Below, one piece after another: positions 28,386 to 40,887 of a stretch of DNA of 64,000 bases; position 1 is the stretch's first letter; each line of letters begins with the position of its first letter. Position numbers and translations under genes: made by a program. Under the pieces are notes generated by a model. That model was not told the DNA's origin. It made no database searches and worked only from the letters and a program-made list of their open reading frames with translations. The stretch comes from Gammaproteobacteria bacterium (lineage in GTDB: Bacteria > Pseudomonadota > Gammaproteobacteria > SZUA-140), in NCBI GenBank assembly GCA_015492435.1, contig WGFB01000014.1, positions 15,728 through 79,727 of the forward strand. The letters run 5' to 3'.

Positions 28386-28845
28386 CTCCCCCCTCAATAC
28401 CTATTTGAATTTGTCTCAAAAAAGCAGAAGCCGCCGGAGATCCTATGGAAAATCTTTAGGGATTCCGGTCAGCCAACCCAGTTCATTTCAGTTGGTGGCA
28501 ACTGCTTATTATTATTGTCGTCCACCCTGCCGGATACCGCTGACAATCAGGGCCCCCTCCGGCCTGGCTCGCGCCAGCCGGTTTCAAGCCTGCATACCCT
28601 GGTGAGTGTACAACTCCAACGTCATTTTGGATACTGCCACCGGCCCTCGTTTTAATAATCATTTGTTATTAGGCATTCCCGCGAAACCGCGGGGCTGCCC
28701 AGGCAATGATTATCCGCTTGCTCAGGCCATGAAAGGACAATGCTAGTCCAATTCAAACCGCCCTGTCAATATCCTCGCATTGCAATCAACATTTTGTTCT
28801 TGGAGGAAAAACCTGAATCACTGCCAGGAAATATACCCATGCGTG

Positions 28846-29604
28846 TCATACAGGATTGTCAATTTCAACATAATGGCATGTCAGGGAAAAATGCGCTTGA
28901 AGGTGGCTGGCAAGCGCCTGCACACCGTAGCGCTCCGTGGCATGATGGCCGGCCGCAAAAAAATGCGCCCCGGTTTCCGCGGCCACGTGCGCGGCCTGTT
29001 CCGATACTTCTCCTGTCAGATAGGCATCCACGCCCCGCATGGCGGCTGCCTCGAAATAACTCTGCGCGGCACCGCTGCACCATGCCACACGCTCGATGGA
29101 GGATGACGCTCCCATCAGATGCAAGGGCGCCCGCCCCAGGCTGGTTTCGATCCGCCTGGCAAACATTTCCGGACTCAGAGGCCCGGCCAGCCGCCCATGC
29201 AATACCAGGCCATTCGCGAGATCCGGCGCCAGCGGGCCATGCACCTCGATACCCAACCGCCCGGCCAGCATGACATTGTTACCATAGCGTGGATGGGCAT
29301 CCAGCGGCAGATGATAGGACAACAGGCTGATACCGTTGCCCAGCAGCAGTTCCAGGCGGCGCTTCTTCATGCCCGTGACGCAAGGATGCTCGCCCCTCCA
29401 GAAATAGCCGTGATGAACCAGGATGGCATCCGCCCGCATGGCAATGGCAGCCTGGATCATCGCCTCGCTGGCGGTCACGCCCGCCGCAATGATGGAGACT
29501 TCCCGCCTTCCTTCCACCTGCAGCCCGTTGGGCGCGTAGTCGGAAAAGGCGGCAACATCGAGCAGATCGTCCAGATAGCGGCACAACACGTCAAGATCGA
29601 CCAT
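28846..29604 (-). CDS. Nif3-like dinuclear metal centre protein (YqfO/GTP cyclohydrolase 1 type 2 family)
   Basis: 252 aa. DYAPNGLQVEG...ILVHHG...LLSYHLPLDAHP...AAGHHATERYG are NIF3 family signatures. Confidence 0.8.
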   Translation of the reverse strand: MVDLDVLCRYLDDLLDVAAFSDYAPNGLQVEGRREVSIIAAGVTASEAMIQAAIAMRADAILVHHGYFWRGEHPCVTGMKKRRLELLLGNGISLLSYHLPLDAHPRYGNNVMLAGRLGIEVHGPLAPDLANGLVLHGRLAGPLSPEMFARRIETSLGRAPLHLMGASSSIERVAWCSGAAQSYFEAAAMRGVDAYLTGEVSEQAAHVAAETGAHFFAAGHHATERYGVQALASHLQAHFSLTCHYVEIDNPV

Positions 29605-29656
29605 GACAAGCTAAGCCTCCTCACATTTCCGCGGATTCGTGCTACAGTACCGCCAC

Positions 29657-30817
29657 ATGAACATGTTCAAAACCTATCCATCTTTTTTCAAGGGCGCCCT
29701 GGCGGGCTTTGTTATCGGATTCGTCGTCTACCTCGCAACAAGCACGGATGCCTTCAAACCCACCCATGTGGTCGAGATCAAGGAAACCTCCCAGCCGGCC
29801 AATCACCCCGGCATACCATCAGAAGGCGCCGTCTCCTATGCCGCCGCGGTGAATATCGCCGCACCCGCCGTGGTCAACATATATACCACAAAGGTCATCA
29901 CCCGTCGCGCCACGCCCTTTTTTGACGATCCTTTCTTCCGGCGGTTTTTCGGCAACCCGCCCCGTCCCAGGCAGCAGCGTCAGACCAGCCTGGGATCCGG
30001 CGTCATCGTCAATGATGAGGGCTACATCCTTACCAACAATCACGTCATCGACGGCTCCGATGAAATACTCGTGGCGCTGCATGATGAACGTACCGTTGAA
30101 GCCACTGTTGTCGGCACCGATCCGGAGACGGATCTTGCCGTCCTCAAGATCGCCCTCGACGACCTGCCCAGCATCGTCATGGGCAACTCCGACGAGTTGC
30201 GCGTGGGGGACGTGGTGCTGGCCATCGGCAATCCTTTTGGCGTCGGCCAGACCGTGACCCAGGGTATCGTCAGCGCCAAGGGGCGCAGTCAACTGGGCAT
30301 TTCCACCTTCGAAAATTTCATCCAGACCGATGCCGCGATCAACCCCGGCAACTCCGGGGGCGCCCTGATCAACGCCTACGGATCGCTGGTAGGCATCAAC
30401 ACCGCCATTTTCTCCCGTTCCGGAGGTTCACAAGGTATCGGCTTCGCCATCCCCGTCACCCTGGTCAAGTCCATCATGAAACAGATCATTGAACACGGCG
30501 AGGCCGTGAGAGGCTGGCTGGGCATCGAGATTCAGACCCTGACGCCGGCGCTGGCCGAGTCCTTTGGCCTGAAGGACACCAAGGGCATCATCGTTGCGGG
30601 CATCCTGCGCAACGGGCCGGCCGACCATGCCGGCCTTCAGGCGGGAGATATTATCACGGCCATCGGCGGCAAGGCGGTGCTGGACGCCAACAATGCCCTC
30701 AACCTGATTGCCCAGGCGATGCCCGGCAAGACCGTGGAACTGCAGGGCCTGCGCAACGGCAGGGAATTCACCATCGAGGCCACCATAGGACGCCGCCCAA
30801 CCATGCGCAACCGCTGA
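29657..30817 (+). CDS. DegS/AlgW-type periplasmic serine endoprotease (trypsin domain + one PDZ)
   Basis: N-terminal TM anchor, catalytic triad context (TNNHVID, DLAVLKI, GNSGGAL) and one C-terminal PDZ (GIIVAGILRNGPADHAGLQAGDIITAIGG). Confidence 0.8.
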   Translation: MNMFKTYPSFFKGALAGFVIGFVVYLATSTDAFKPTHVVEIKETSQPANHPGIPSEGAVSYAAAVNIAAPAVVNIYTTKVITRRATPFFDDPFFRRFFGNPPRPRQQRQTSLGSGVIVNDEGYILTNNHVIDGSDEILVALHDERTVEATVVGTDPETDLAVLKIALDDLPSIVMGNSDELRVGDVVLAIGNPFGVGQTVTQGIVSAKGRSQLGISTFENFIQTDAAINPGNSGGALINAYGSLVGINTAIFSRSGGSQGIGFAIPVTLVKSIMKQIIEHGEAVRGWLGIEIQTLTPALAESFGLKDTKGIIVAGILRNGPADHAGLQAGDIITAIGGKAVLDANNALNLIAQAMPGKTVELQGLRNGREFTIEATIGRRPTMRNR

Positions 30818-30908
30818 CCGGCGGACCGATGATCAAACCGTCATTGAGAGGGATGTAAGTTCAAGGTACAAGATGGCAGCCCTTTGCGCTCTGTGCCGGC
30901 GGCGGTTG

Positions 30909-31691
30909 TCACTCCGCGCGCCCGGCCTCGTCCTCCTCCCGCGGCGGCACCATCATGCGGGCTGCGACCACTCCGAGTTCGAACAACAGCCAGATTGGCA
31001 CGGCAAGCAGGGTCTGCGAGATCATGTCGGGCGGTGTGAGCAGCATGCCGATGACAAAGGCGCCCACAATGATATAAGGACGCTTGGCAATCAGCCTGTC
31101 AGGAGTGGTGACACCCGCCCATACCATAAGAACGGTCGCGACCGGCACCTCAAAAGCCGCCCCGAAGGCAAAGAAAAGCTTGAGCACGAAATCCAGATAC
31201 TTGCTGATATCTGTCATCACCGCCACCCCCTCGGGCGCGGTACTGATGAGGAAGCTGAACACCAGGGGAAAAACCACGAAATAGGCGAACGCCATGCCCA
31301 GGTAGAACAACAGCGAACTGGAAACCAGCAGGGGAACCACAATGCGCTTTTCCGTCTGGTAGAGCCCCGGCGCCACGAAGGCCCACAACTGGTAGAGGAC
31401 ATAGGGTATGGTCACGAAGAAGGCGAAGACCAGGGTAAACTTGAAGGGTGCCAGAAAAGGCGAGGCCACTTCCGTGGCGATCATGGTGCTGCCTTCCGGC
31501 AACTCACTCAACAGCGGCTTTGCCAGCGCCTCGTAGAGCTCGTTGGCGAAGGGCAACAGCAGCAGGAATACCGCGGCGATTCCGATCAGCATGCGTATCA
31601 GGCGGTTACGCAGCTCGATCAGATGTGTGATCAGCGGTTGCTCGGGTTCAGGGGGATACTTCTTTTTTGGTCTCGCCATGGGAGGATTCAT
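30909..31691 (-). CDS. tatC: Twin-arginine translocase subunit TatC
   Basis: 260 aa, 6 [20 protein letters not shown] is the TatC N-terminal signature. Confidence 0.85.
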   Translation of the reverse strand: MNPPMARPKKKYPPEPEQPLITHLIELRNRLIRMLIGIAAVFLLLLPFANELYEALAKPLLSELPEGSTMIATEVASPFLAPFKFTLVFAFFVTIPYVLYQLWAFVAPGLYQTEKRIVVPLLVSSSLLFYLGMAFAYFVVFPLVFSFLISTAPEGVAVMTDISKYLDFVLKLFFAFGAAFEVPVATVLMVWAGVTTPDRLIAKRPYIIVGAFVIGMLLTPPDMISQTLLAVPIWLLFELGVVAARMMVPPREEDEAGRAE

Positions 31692-32046
31692 CGGCTGTGG
31701 AAGTTGTTGACGGTGTCAACTGGCCGTCCTGGCCCTCTTGCGGCCTGGCAGCGCCGATGTCATTGAGTTTCTTACGTGTCTCGCCATCGATGGGAATGCG
31801 GGCATTGGCCTGTTCGGCAATCCTGTGGAGTTCGGCGATGCGCGCCTCCTGCTCGATAAGCCGCTTCAACTCCTCCGCCTTGCCCGCCTCCTTTTCCAGT
31901 TCGGTCCTGGCATCGTTCATGAAGCCGCGGATCTTGCCCAGCCATGACCCGATGGTGCGCACCAGGGCGGGAAACTCCTCCGGCCCCACCACCAGCAGCG
32001 CCACCACCGCAATTACCGCGATCTCCCAAAATCCTATATCGAACAT
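31648..32046 (-). CDS. tatB: Twin-arginine translocase subunit TatB
   Basis: [26 protein letters not shown] is the TatA/B family N-terminus. The longer acidic tail fits TatB. Confidence 0.8.
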   Translation of the reverse strand: MFDIGFWEIAVIAVVALLVVGPEEFPALVRTIGSWLGKIRGFMNDARTELEKEAGKAEELKRLIEQEARIAELHRIAEQANARIPIDGETRKKLNDIGAARPQEGQDGQLTPSTTSTADESSHGETKKEVSP

Positions 32047-32078
32047 GCGCCCTTCACTGCGCCACGTCTGTCAGACCG

Positions 32079-32360
32079 CTATACCTGGCCCTTTTCTTTT
32101 TCCTTGTCATTGCCGCCAGCAGCCGTGTTAGTGGCGGAGGTTTCCTCCTTCGTTACCTCGGCGTCGATGACCCGGTTGGCCTCGGCATGTTCCAGTTCCT
32201 GGGGTTGCTTGTCCTGTTTGTCGTCACGGTCCTCCATGGCGTCTCTGAATCCCTTGACGGCGCCCCCCATGTCCCTGCCGATGGTGCGCAATTTCTTGGT
32301 GCCGAATATCAACACGATAATCAACAGGATAATCAATAATTGCCAGACACTAATTCCCAT
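32079..32360 (-). CDS. tatA: Twin-arginine translocase subunit TatA
   Basis: [42 protein letters not shown] is the TatA signature. Start placed at MGIS. Confidence 0.8.
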   Translation of the reverse strand: MGISVWQLLIILLIIVLIFGTKKLRTIGRDMGGAVKGFRDAMEDRDDKQDKQPQELEHAEANRVIDAEVTKEETSATNTAAGGNDKEKEKGQV

Positions 32361-32444
32361 GCTCAAATCCTCTGTCACTCATTTGATAAAGATCCTGAAT
32401 CCGTGGATTCAGGAAGATGTCACGTCCGCCGGCGGGCAACGCAA

Positions 32445-32759
32445 CTATTTCCGCGCGGCCTTCTCCTCTATGCCGGACGTGCCGAAGCGCCGCTCCAGCT
32501 CCGCCAGGACATCCTCGGAACTCAGTCCCTGGTGACTCAACATGACCAGGGTGTGGAACCAGAGATCGGCGGTTTCATGGATGACCTGACCCCGGTCGCC
32601 GTTCTTGGCGGCAATGATGGTCTCGGCGGCCTCTTCCCCCACCTTCTTGAGAATGGCGTCCATCCCCCGCTCGTGAAGAGAGGCCACGTAGGAGCTGCCC
32701 GGATCTGCGTGGCGCCGCGCCTCCAGTACCCGCGTCAATTGTTGCAGTATATCACTCAT
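32445..32759 (-). CDS. hisE: Phosphoribosyl-ATP pyrophosphatase
   Basis: SYVASL...[18 protein letters not shown]...[13 protein letters not shown] is the HisE signature. Start at the internal Met MSDILQQL. Confidence 0.8.
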   Translation of the reverse strand: MSDILQQLTRVLEARRHADPGSSYVASLHERGMDAILKKVGEEAAETIIAAKNGDRGQVIHETADLWFHTLVMLSHQGLSSEDVLAELERRFGTSGIEEKAARK

Positions 32760-32763
32760 CCTT

Positions 32764-33192
32764 TTATTTATCGGCCTCCCTCCGGGCTTTGTTACGGCTT
32801 TTCCGGTAAATCTCGTCTGGAGACCGCAAAACGGGCTCGACGGTTTCCCAGGCATGGTCCGTCAGACGGCGGTAGAAACAGTGACGGCGTCCCGTGTGAC
32901 AGGCGATTCCACCCTGTTGCTCCACCAGCAGCAGGACGGTGTCGCCATCACAATCGAGACGGATCTCCCTGATCTTCTGACGATGACCGGACTGTTCCCC
33001 CTTGCTCCAAAGCTTCCGGCGGGAGCGGGACCAGTATACGGCATGACCCGTTTGCGCCGTGCGCGCCAGCGCCTCGCGGTTCATCCAGGCCAGCATGAGC
33101 ACCTGTCCGGTCGCCTGCTCCTGGGCAATCACGGGCACCAGGCCGTCGGCATTCCAGCGCACCTCATCCAGCCATGAAGGTGTATGATCCAT
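32764..33192 (-). CDS. hisI: Phosphoribosyl-AMP cyclohydrolase
   Basis: GLVPVIAQ...[11 protein letters not shown]...YWSRSR..LW.KGE.SG...DCDGDTVLL...G.ACHTG is the HisI signature. Confidence 0.85.
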   Translation of the reverse strand: MDHTPSWLDEVRWNADGLVPVIAQEQATGQVLMLAWMNREALARTAQTGHAVYWSRSRRKLWSKGEQSGHRQKIREIRLDCDGDTVLLLVEQQGGIACHTGRRHCFYRRLTDHAWETVEPVLRSPDEIYRKSRNKARREADK

Positions 33193-33195
33193 CGG

Positions 33196-33969
33196 CTACA
33201 ATCTGACCTCTATGCCCCGCTCCGCCAGGTAGCGCTTGGCTTCGCCCACGGTATATTCGCCATAATGAAAGATGCTGGCCGCCAGCACGGCATCCGCCTT
33301 GCCCTCGGCAATCCCTTCGGCCAGGTGCCGCAAGGTACCCACCCCGCCCGATGCAATCACCGGAATGGTGACCGCCTCGCTGACGGCCCGGGTGAGGGGC
33401 AGATCATAGCCGTCCTTGGTGCCGTCCCGGTCCATGCTGGTCAGCAGGATCTCGCCGGCGCCGAGGCGGACCATTCTGCGCGCCCATTCCACCGCGTCGA
33501 TGCCCGTGGGATTGCGTCCGCCGTGGGTATAGATCTCCCAGCAGGGCTTTCCGCCATTCTCCACCTGCTTGGCGTCGATGGCAACGACGATGCACTGACT
33601 GCCGAAACGCTCGGCCGCCTGACGCACGAATTCGGGGTTGTTGATGGCGGCCGTGTTGATGGCCACCTTGTCGGCGCCCGCATTGAGCATGCGGCGGATA
33701 TCCTCCAGTTCCCGTATGCCGCCGCCTACCGTCAGGGGGATGAAGACCTGACTGGCCACTTCCTCCACCACATGCACCATGGTGTCGCGCCGCTCGTGAC
33801 TGGCCGTAATGTCCAGGAACACCAGCTCGTCGGCGCCCTGTTCGTCATAGGCTCGGGCGACCTCCACGGGATCGCCGGCATCCACGATGTCCACAAACCG
33901 CACCCCCTTGACCACGCGCCCCTTATCCACGTCCAGGCAGGGAATGATGCGTTTGGCCAGTCCGGTCAT
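33196..33969 (-). CDS. hisF: Imidazole glycerol phosphate synthase cyclase subunit
   Basis: [20 protein letters not shown]...[11 protein letters not shown]...GGGIR are classic HisF motifs. Confidence 0.9.
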   Translation of the reverse strand: MTGLAKRIIPCLDVDKGRVVKGVRFVDIVDAGDPVEVARAYDEQGADELVFLDITASHERRDTMVHVVEEVASQVFIPLTVGGGIRELEDIRRMLNAGADKVAINTAAINNPEFVRQAAERFGSQCIVVAIDAKQVENGGKPCWEIYTHGGRNPTGIDAVEWARRMVRLGAGEILLTSMDRDGTKDGYDLPLTRAVSEAVTIPVIASGGVGTLRHLAEGIAEGKADAVLAASIFHYGEYTVGEAKRYLAERGIEVRL

Positions 33970-34703
33970 GGGGCGAAGCTGTCGGCCAGGCGCTGGCACT
34001 CGGCAAAATCCACCGTGCCCTCGTAGAGCGAGCGCCCCAGGATGGCGCCCATGATGCCCTCCTCCGCCACGGCGCCCAGAGCCTGGATGTCGTCCATGCT
34101 GGAAATACCGCCCGAGGCGATCACAGGGATGGTAATGGAGCGCGCCAGCTTCACCGTCGATTCCACATTGACGCCGCTGAGCATCCCGTCACGGTTGATG
34201 TCCGTATAAATTATGGCCTCTACCCCGTCTCGCTCGAAGTGCTGGGCGATATCGATGACGTCGTGATGGGACAGCTTGGACCAGCCATCGATGGCCACCT
34301 TGCCATCCCTGGCATCGAGGCCCACGATGATGTGCCCGGGGTAGGCAATGGCCATGTCGGCCACGAAATGAGGTTCGTTGACAGCCGCGGTACCGATGAT
34401 GACATACCGCACGCCGGCATCCAGATAAGTCTCGATGGTTTCTTCGTCGCGGATGCCCCCGCCCACCTGGACAGGCAGATCGGGGAAGGTATTCGCAATC
34501 TCCCGGATGACGCCGATATTGACCGGCCTGCCCGATACCGCGCCATCCAGGTCCACCAGATGGAGGCGCCGCGCGCCCTCATCCACCCAGCGCCGCGCCA
34601 TGGCGACGGGATCGTCGGAAAAGACCGTATCGTCATCCATCCTCCCCTGGCGCAGACGCACACACTGCCCACCCTTCAGGTCTATGGCCGGAATCAATAA
34701 CAT
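33966..34703 (-). CDS. hisA: 1-(5-phosphoribosyl)-5-[(5-phosphoribosylamino)methylideneamino] imidazole-4-carboxamide isomerase
   Basis: [18 protein letters not shown]......DP...A..W...[11 protein letters not shown] is the HisA signature. Confidence 0.9.
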   Translation of the reverse strand: MLLIPAIDLKGGQCVRLRQGRMDDDTVFSDDPVAMARRWVDEGARRLHLVDLDGAVSGRPVNIGVIREIANTFPDLPVQVGGGIRDEETIETYLDAGVRYVIIGTAAVNEPHFVADMAIAYPGHIIVGLDARDGKVAIDGWSKLSHHDVIDIAQHFERDGVEAIIYTDINRDGMLSGVNVESTVKLARSITIPVIASGGISSMDDIQALGAVAEEGIMGAILGRSLYEGTVDFAECQRLADSFAP

Positions 34704-34825
34704 TTTTCAACACCCCGAATCATTGTCTTTACTTTGTATCAGTCCTCACCACCCTGGGCACACGCACACGCCCCGGCACCATCCCGGTATCCAATGGACT
34801 TAACCACGCCCAACCCAACCTACAG

Positions 34826-34895
34826 CCCCTTTCCCCTTTACTCTTTCCCCTTTCCCTTTACTCTTTTCTCTTTGCTCTTTTATCTTCCCCTGCCC
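34826..34895. repeat. Pyrimidine-rich low-complexity tract (polypurine on the transcribed strand) inside the his operon
   Basis: CCCCTTTCCCCTTTACTCTTTCCCCTTTCCCTTTACTCTTTTCTCTTTGCTCTTTTATCTTCCCCTGCCCC. It is part of a 192-bp non-coding spacer (34704..34895) between hisH and hisA. Confidence 0.9.
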
Positions 34896-35531
34896 CTACC
34901 GTCCATCCCACCGCAAAAAATTACGCAGCAGCGTCAACCCCGCCTGCTGGCTCTTCTCGGGATGAAACTGCACGGCAAAGATATTGTCCCGCGCCAGGGC
35001 GGAGGTGAACTGCACGCCATAGTCGGTGGTGCCGACCATCACTTCCGGCGCATCGGGACAGACGAAATAGCTGTGCACGAAATAGAAACGGCTGTCCTGG
35101 GGAATGTCCTTCCACAAGGCGTGAGGCCGTGTCTGATGCACATGATTCCAGCCCATGTGCGGAATCTTCAGGCGCGCCTCGCCGTGGCCGGCACTGAAAT
35201 GCCTCACCGTGCCAGGCACGATGGACAGGGCAGGCGTGCCCTCGTTTTCCTCGCTGCTGTCCAGGAGAGCCTGCATACCCAGGCAGATGCCCAGGAACGG
35301 GCGGCTGGCGATACACTCGCGGATGACCTCCTCCAGCTCCAGGCGCTGCAGTTCCTGTATGCAATCCCGCAAGGCTCCCACACCGGGGAATACCACGCGC
35401 TGTGCCGCCAGGATCTCCCCGGGGCGGTTGGTCACGACAACCTTGCACCCTCCCTCACCGGCATGTTCGAGCGCCCTGGACACGGAACGGATGTTGCCCA
35501 TGCCGTAATCGATGACTGCCACAGTATCCAT
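34896..35531 (-). CDS. hisH: Imidazole glycerol phosphate synthase glutaminase subunit
   Basis: VAVIDYGMGNIRSV...GVGA...FLGICLGMQ...PHMGWN..H is the class-I GATase triad. Confidence 0.9.
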   Translation of the reverse strand: MDTVAVIDYGMGNIRSVSRALEHAGEGGCKVVVTNRPGEILAAQRVVFPGVGALRDCIQELQRLELEEVIRECIASRPFLGICLGMQALLDSSEENEGTPALSIVPGTVRHFSAGHGEARLKIPHMGWNHVHQTRPHALWKDIPQDSRFYFVHSYFVCPDAPEVMVGTTDYGVQFTSALARDNIFAVQFHPEKSQQAGLTLLRNFLRWDGR

Positions 35532-35564
35532 TGGTCTATCTTTCCGAAACAGCGATGGTGGAGG

Positions 35565-36155
35565 TCAGAGCGCCCCCTTGGTCGAAGGTATGACACCGGC
35601 CATGCGCGCGTCCTCTTCGAGGGCCATGCGCAAGGCGCGGCCGAAAGCCTTGAAAACCGTCTCGGCCACGTGATGGGCATTGGCGCCCCGCAGGCTGTCG
35701 ATGTGCAAGGTCACCGCCGCATGATTCACGAAGCCCTGGAAGAACTCCCGGAACAGGTCCACGTCCATCTCGCCGATCCGGGCGCGCGGGAACGCCACGT
35801 GGTACTCCAGGCCGGGACGGCCCGACAGATCCAGGACGACCCGCGCCAGGGCCTCGTCCAGCGGCACATAGGCATGGCCATAGCGGCGGATGCCCTGCTT
35901 GTCGCCCACGGCCCGGGCAAGGGCCTGCCCCAGGGTGATGCCGATATCCTCGACGGTGTGATGGGCGTCGATATGCAGATCTCCCTGGGCGCGCACGGAG
36001 ATATCCATCATGCCGTGCCGGGCCACCTGGTCCAGCATGTGATCGAGGAAGGGAACCCCGGTAGCGAAATCCGCCTTGCCGGTGCCGTCCAGATTCAGAC
36101 TCACCTCGATATCGGTCTCAGCCGTTTTACGTTGTACGGTAGCGGTGCGTTGCAA
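35565..36155 (-). CDS. hisB: Imidazoleglycerol-phosphate dehydratase
   Basis: [16 protein letters not shown]...G.PFLDHML..A.HG..D......[16 protein letters not shown] is the IGPD signature. Monofunctional, 196 aa. Confidence 0.9.
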   Translation of the reverse strand: MQRTATVQRKTAETDIEVSLNLDGTGKADFATGVPFLDHMLDQVARHGMMDISVRAQGDLHIDAHHTVEDIGITLGQALARAVGDKQGIRRYGHAYVPLDEALARVVLDLSGRPGLEYHVAFPRARIGEMDVDLFREFFQGFVNHAAVTLHIDSLRGANAHHVAETVFKAFGRALRMALEEDARMAGVIPSTKGAL

Positions 36156-36207
36156 TTTCAGGTTTCCTCATTCCCGGCCGCCAAAGGAGGCCTTGCGCAC
36201 AAGATTA

Positions 36208-37338
36208 TCACGATCCCGCGCCCAAGTCCTGCAAAGCCTTTTGCAGCGCCTCCAGAAAGGCGCGGTTTTCCTCTTCGGTCCCCACCGTGACGCGCAGGCA
36301 ATCGCGCAGCAGACCCTCGTCGCGGTGCAGGTTCTTGATCAGCACTCCTTCCTCGCGGATGCGCTCGAACACCTCGGCAGCACGGCCGGGCAACACGCGG
36401 AAGAGTATGAAGTTGGCGTCGCTGGGATAGGCCGTGATTCCCGGCAGGGCCGCCATGGACTCGGTGAGTCGCGCCCGGTCACGGCGGATGGCCGCGGCCT
36501 GGGCATCGAGCATGGCCTGATGGCTGAGGGCGAAATCCGCGCTGAGCTGGGCAAGGATATTGATATTGTAAGGCAAGCGGATCTTGTTGACTTCCTCCAG
36601 CCAGCGGGAATCTCCTGCCAGAATACCCAGGCGCAAGCCGGCCAGCCCCATCTTCGAAAGGGTACGCAGCACAAACAAATGCTCGTATGCTTCGAGACGG
36701 GGCATGAAGGTGGCCTGCGCAAAGGTGTGATAGGCCTCGTCGATCACCACGATGCCCGGCGCCGCCTCGATGATGGCCACCAGGTCCCGGGTATCGAACA
36801 GGCGCCCGCTGGGATTGTTGGGATAGTCGATAAATACGATGGCGGGATCATGGCGCGCCATGGCTTCCAGCATGGCCTCCCTGTCGAGAGTGAAATCCTC
36901 CCGCAGGGGAACGGTAACAAATTCCATGCCGCTGAAAATGGTGATCATGCGGTACATGCTGAAGGCGGGATCCGGCGCCAGCACGGTCCTCCCCGGCCGC
37001 GTCACCGCCATGGTGAGTAGCTGGATCAGTTCGTCGGAGCCATTGCCCAGCATGATACCCTTGTCTCCGGGCACCTCGAACAGGCGATGCAGGCGCGCGC
37101 TCAGCTTGCGCGACGCGGGATCGGGATAGCGGTTGAGGCTGGCATCGCGCAAAACGGAAAGCCACTCCTCCACGACTTCCTCGGGCCAGGTGTAGGGATT
37201 CTCCATGGCATCCAGCTTCACGAAGCCCGACGCATCGGGCACATGGTAGGCCGTCAGATCGAGAATCTCCGGACGCACCCACTGCCGTATGCGGCGCTGT
37301 GTCTCATCACCCGTGGTGGCTTGTTTCGGCTTGGACAT
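36208..37338 (-). CDS. hisC: Histidinol-phosphate aminotransferase
   Basis: 376-aa class-II aminotransferase (LDAMENPY...YPD...GNGSDE...TLSKMGLAGLRLG) in the hisD-hisC-hisB order. Confidence 0.85.
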   Translation of the reverse strand: MSKPKQATTGDETQRRIRQWVRPEILDLTAYHVPDASGFVKLDAMENPYTWPEEVVEEWLSVLRDASLNRYPDPASRKLSARLHRLFEVPGDKGIMLGNGSDELIQLLTMAVTRPGRTVLAPDPAFSMYRMITIFSGMEFVTVPLREDFTLDREAMLEAMARHDPAIVFIDYPNNPSGRLFDTRDLVAIIEAAPGIVVIDEAYHTFAQATFMPRLEAYEHLFVLRTLSKMGLAGLRLGILAGDSRWLEEVNKIRLPYNINILAQLSADFALSHQAMLDAQAAAIRRDRARLTESMAALPGITAYPSDANFILFRVLPGRAAEVFERIREEGVLIKNLHRDEGLLRDCLRVTVGTEEENRAFLEALQKALQDLGAGS

Positions 37339-37369
37339 GACAGACTGTGATCAGAAACGGTATTCCGGG

Positions 37370-38677
37370 TCAGGCCTCCGCGTCGCGGCGGTATTCGGCT
37401 GAGCGGGCATGGGCCGTCAGGCCCTCGCTGCGCGCCAGCAGGGCGGCGGTATCGCCCAGCACCCTGGCACCCTCGCGTGAGCATTTGATGAGACTGCTGC
37501 GCTTCTGGAAATCGTAGACGCCCAGGGGCGAGGAAAAACGCGCCGTGCGCGAGGTGGGCAATACATGATTGGGTCCTGCCACGTAGTCGCCCACGGCCTC
37601 CGCCGTGTAGCGCCCCAGAAAGATGGCCCCGGCGTGACGGATCTTCTTGGCCAGCGTCATGGGCTCGGCAACCGACAGTTCGAGATGCTCGGGGGCGATG
37701 GCATTGGCCACCTCCGCGGCCTCGTCCAAGTCCCTCACCTGTATGAAGGCGGCGCGCCGGCTCATGGAGGCGCGGATGATTTCCGCGCGCTCCATCTCCG
37801 GCAACAGGCGTTCGACACTGTTCCCGATCTGATCGATATAGCCAGCATCGGGACACACCAGGATGGACTGGGCGTCCTCATCATGTTCGGCCTGGGAGAA
37901 CAGGTCCATGGCGATCCAATCGGGGGGGGTATGACCATCGCAGACCACCAGGATCTCGGAGGGACCCGCGATCATATCGATACCCACCGTGCCGAAGACC
38001 ATACCCTTGGCCGTGGCCACGTAGATGTTGCCGGGACCCACGATCTTGTCGACGCGGGGAATGGTCTGCGTGCCATAGGCCAGCGCCGCCACGGCCTGGG
38101 CGCCGCCGATGGTAAACACCCGGTCCACGCCCGCGACGGCGGCGGCAGCCAGCACCAGCTGGTTGATCACCTTGTCGGGGGTGGGTACCACCATGACCAG
38201 CTCGGGAACGCCGGCCACCTTGGCGGGTATGGCATTCATGATGACCGAAGAGGGATAGGTGGCCTTGCCGCCCGGGACATACAACCCGACCCGGTCAAGG
38301 GGCGTCACCTGCTGCCCCAGCAGGGTGCCATCAGGCTCCGTATAGGACCACGAGGAAACCTTCTGATGTTCATGATAGCGCCTGACACGCTCGGCCGCCT
38401 GTTCCAGGGCCAGGCGCTCTTCCCCTGGAATATTGTCCAGGGCTTCCTGGAGTCTTTCCGGCGCCAGCTCCAGCTCGCTTGCTCCGCCCGCATCGAGGCG
38501 GTCAAAGCGATTGGTGTATTCCACGAGGGCCGCGTCTCCACGCCGCCTGATATCGTCAAGGATTCCGCGCACCGTTTGATTGATGGCCTCATCCGAGACA
38601 TTTTCCCACGCCAGCAAGTCTTCCAGTTGCGCCTCGAAATCGGCATCCGTGGTGTTCAAGCGCCTGATATCCAGCAT
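37370..38677 (-). CDS. hisD: Histidinol dehydrogenase
   Basis: 435 aa. ...VRRYT..FD.......EL......ALD...GA..LLVT...G.HAEHD...IAGPSE is the HisD signature. Confidence 0.9.
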   Translation of the reverse strand: MLDIRRLNTTDADFEAQLEDLLAWENVSDEAINQTVRGILDDIRRRGDAALVEYTNRFDRLDAGGASELELAPERLQEALDNIPGEERLALEQAAERVRRYHEHQKVSSWSYTEPDGTLLGQQVTPLDRVGLYVPGGKATYPSSVIMNAIPAKVAGVPELVMVVPTPDKVINQLVLAAAAVAGVDRVFTIGGAQAVAALAYGTQTIPRVDKIVGPGNIYVATAKGMVFGTVGIDMIAGPSEILVVCDGHTPPDWIAMDLFSQAEHDEDAQSILVCPDAGYIDQIGNSVERLLPEMERAEIIRASMSRRAAFIQVRDLDEAAEVANAIAPEHLELSVAEPMTLAKKIRHAGAIFLGRYTAEAVGDYVAGPNHVLPTSRTARFSSPLGVYDFQKRSSLIKCSREGARVLGDTAALLARSEGLTAHARSAEYRRDAEA

Positions 38678-38680
38678 CCC

Positions 38681-39328
38681 TCAGCCTCCCGTTTCCTGGT
38701 TTGCAACGGCCTCTTCCAGCAGCCCGATGAGCTGCTTGACCTTTTCGTGTTTCATTTTCATCGACGCCTTGTTGACGATGAGGCGCGAACTGATTTCGGC
38801 AATCGTCTCCATGGGTACCAGGCCATTGGCCTTCAGCGTATTGCCCGTGTCCACCAGGTCCACGATGCCATCGGCGAGCCCCACCAGGGGGGCCAGTTCC
38901 ATGGAGCCATAGAGTTTGACGATCTCCACCTGAATGCCGCGCGCCGCGAAATAGCGCCGTGCGGTTTCCACATATTTTGTGGCAATGCGCAGGCGTGTGC
39001 CCTGGCCGGTCCACCCCTCCCGCCCGGCGGTCATCAGGCGGCAACGGGCAATCTTCAGATCCAAAGGCTCATAAAGGCCATTGCCACCGTATTCCATGAG
39101 CACGTCCTTTCCCGCCACGCCCAGGTCGGCAGCGCCATTCTCCACGAATGTTGGCACATCTGCCGCCCTGATGACAATCACATGAATGTCATCACGGCTG
39201 GTTTCGAAGATCAGCTTGCGGCTGGTAAAAGGATCATCCTTGAGGATGATGCCCGCATGCGCGAGCAATGGCAGGGTATCCTTGAGAATGCGTCCCTTGG
39301 AAAGGGCCACGGTGATTGGCATATTCAT
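38681..39328 (-). CDS. hisG: ATP phosphoribosyltransferase (short form, HisZ-dependent type)
   Basis: 215 aa. [11 protein letters not shown]...L...G...........R.L.......I.V...RA.DVPT.V..G.AD.G..G.D. The length indicates the HisG-short class. Confidence 0.85.
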   Translation of the reverse strand: MNMPITVALSKGRILKDTLPLLAHAGIILKDDPFTSRKLIFETSRDDIHVIVIRAADVPTFVENGAADLGVAGKDVLMEYGGNGLYEPLDLKIARCRLMTAGREGWTGQGTRLRIATKYVETARRYFAARGIQVEIVKLYGSMELAPLVGLADGIVDLVDTGNTLKANGLVPMETIAEISSRLIVNKASMKMKHEKVKQLIGLLEEAVANQETGG

Positions 39329-39420
39329 TGTCGACCTGTTAGGTAATCAAAATACCGGCAACCCGCTTCCGCCGCCCGCCTCTCCCAAAAAGCTTGAGCA
39401 GGTTGGTCTTGAACGCTTTA

Positions 39421-39579
39421 GGAACCTCTGATCAATTCTGGACCGGATGGATGGCGAGATGAAATGTTCCGGATCAAGGCGAAAAGCGCAGGTAATAGCA
39501 CGCTATTGCCAAGCTTTTCAACGCAGAGCCGGGACATTTCAGCCGCCAGACGCCGGTTCATGAATTGATCAGAGGTTCC
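39421..39579. mobile_element. 159-bp palindromic MITE (Correia-like), copy 2
   Basis: Perfect TIRs GGAACCTCTGATCAATTC / GAATTGATCAGAGGTTCC. The interior is >90% identical to copy 1. Located in the hisG-murA intergenic region. Confidence 0.8.
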
Positions 39580-39627
39580 TTTATTATTAACCCGGCAACA
39601 ATAGCCGTCGCGCGCCGGTTCACCAAT

Positions 39628-40887
<1,260 letters not shown>

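Noticed and set aside
28398-28845. 450-bp intergenic region upstream of actA with small ORFs 28348..28605 and 28368..28655
   Set aside because: No coding-like composition or RBS. More likely the ACIII promoter/leader region. A short CCCGCGAAACCGCGGG palindrome is present but weak.
37565-39346. 593-aa plus-strand ORF
   Set aside because: Antisense to hisD/hisG.
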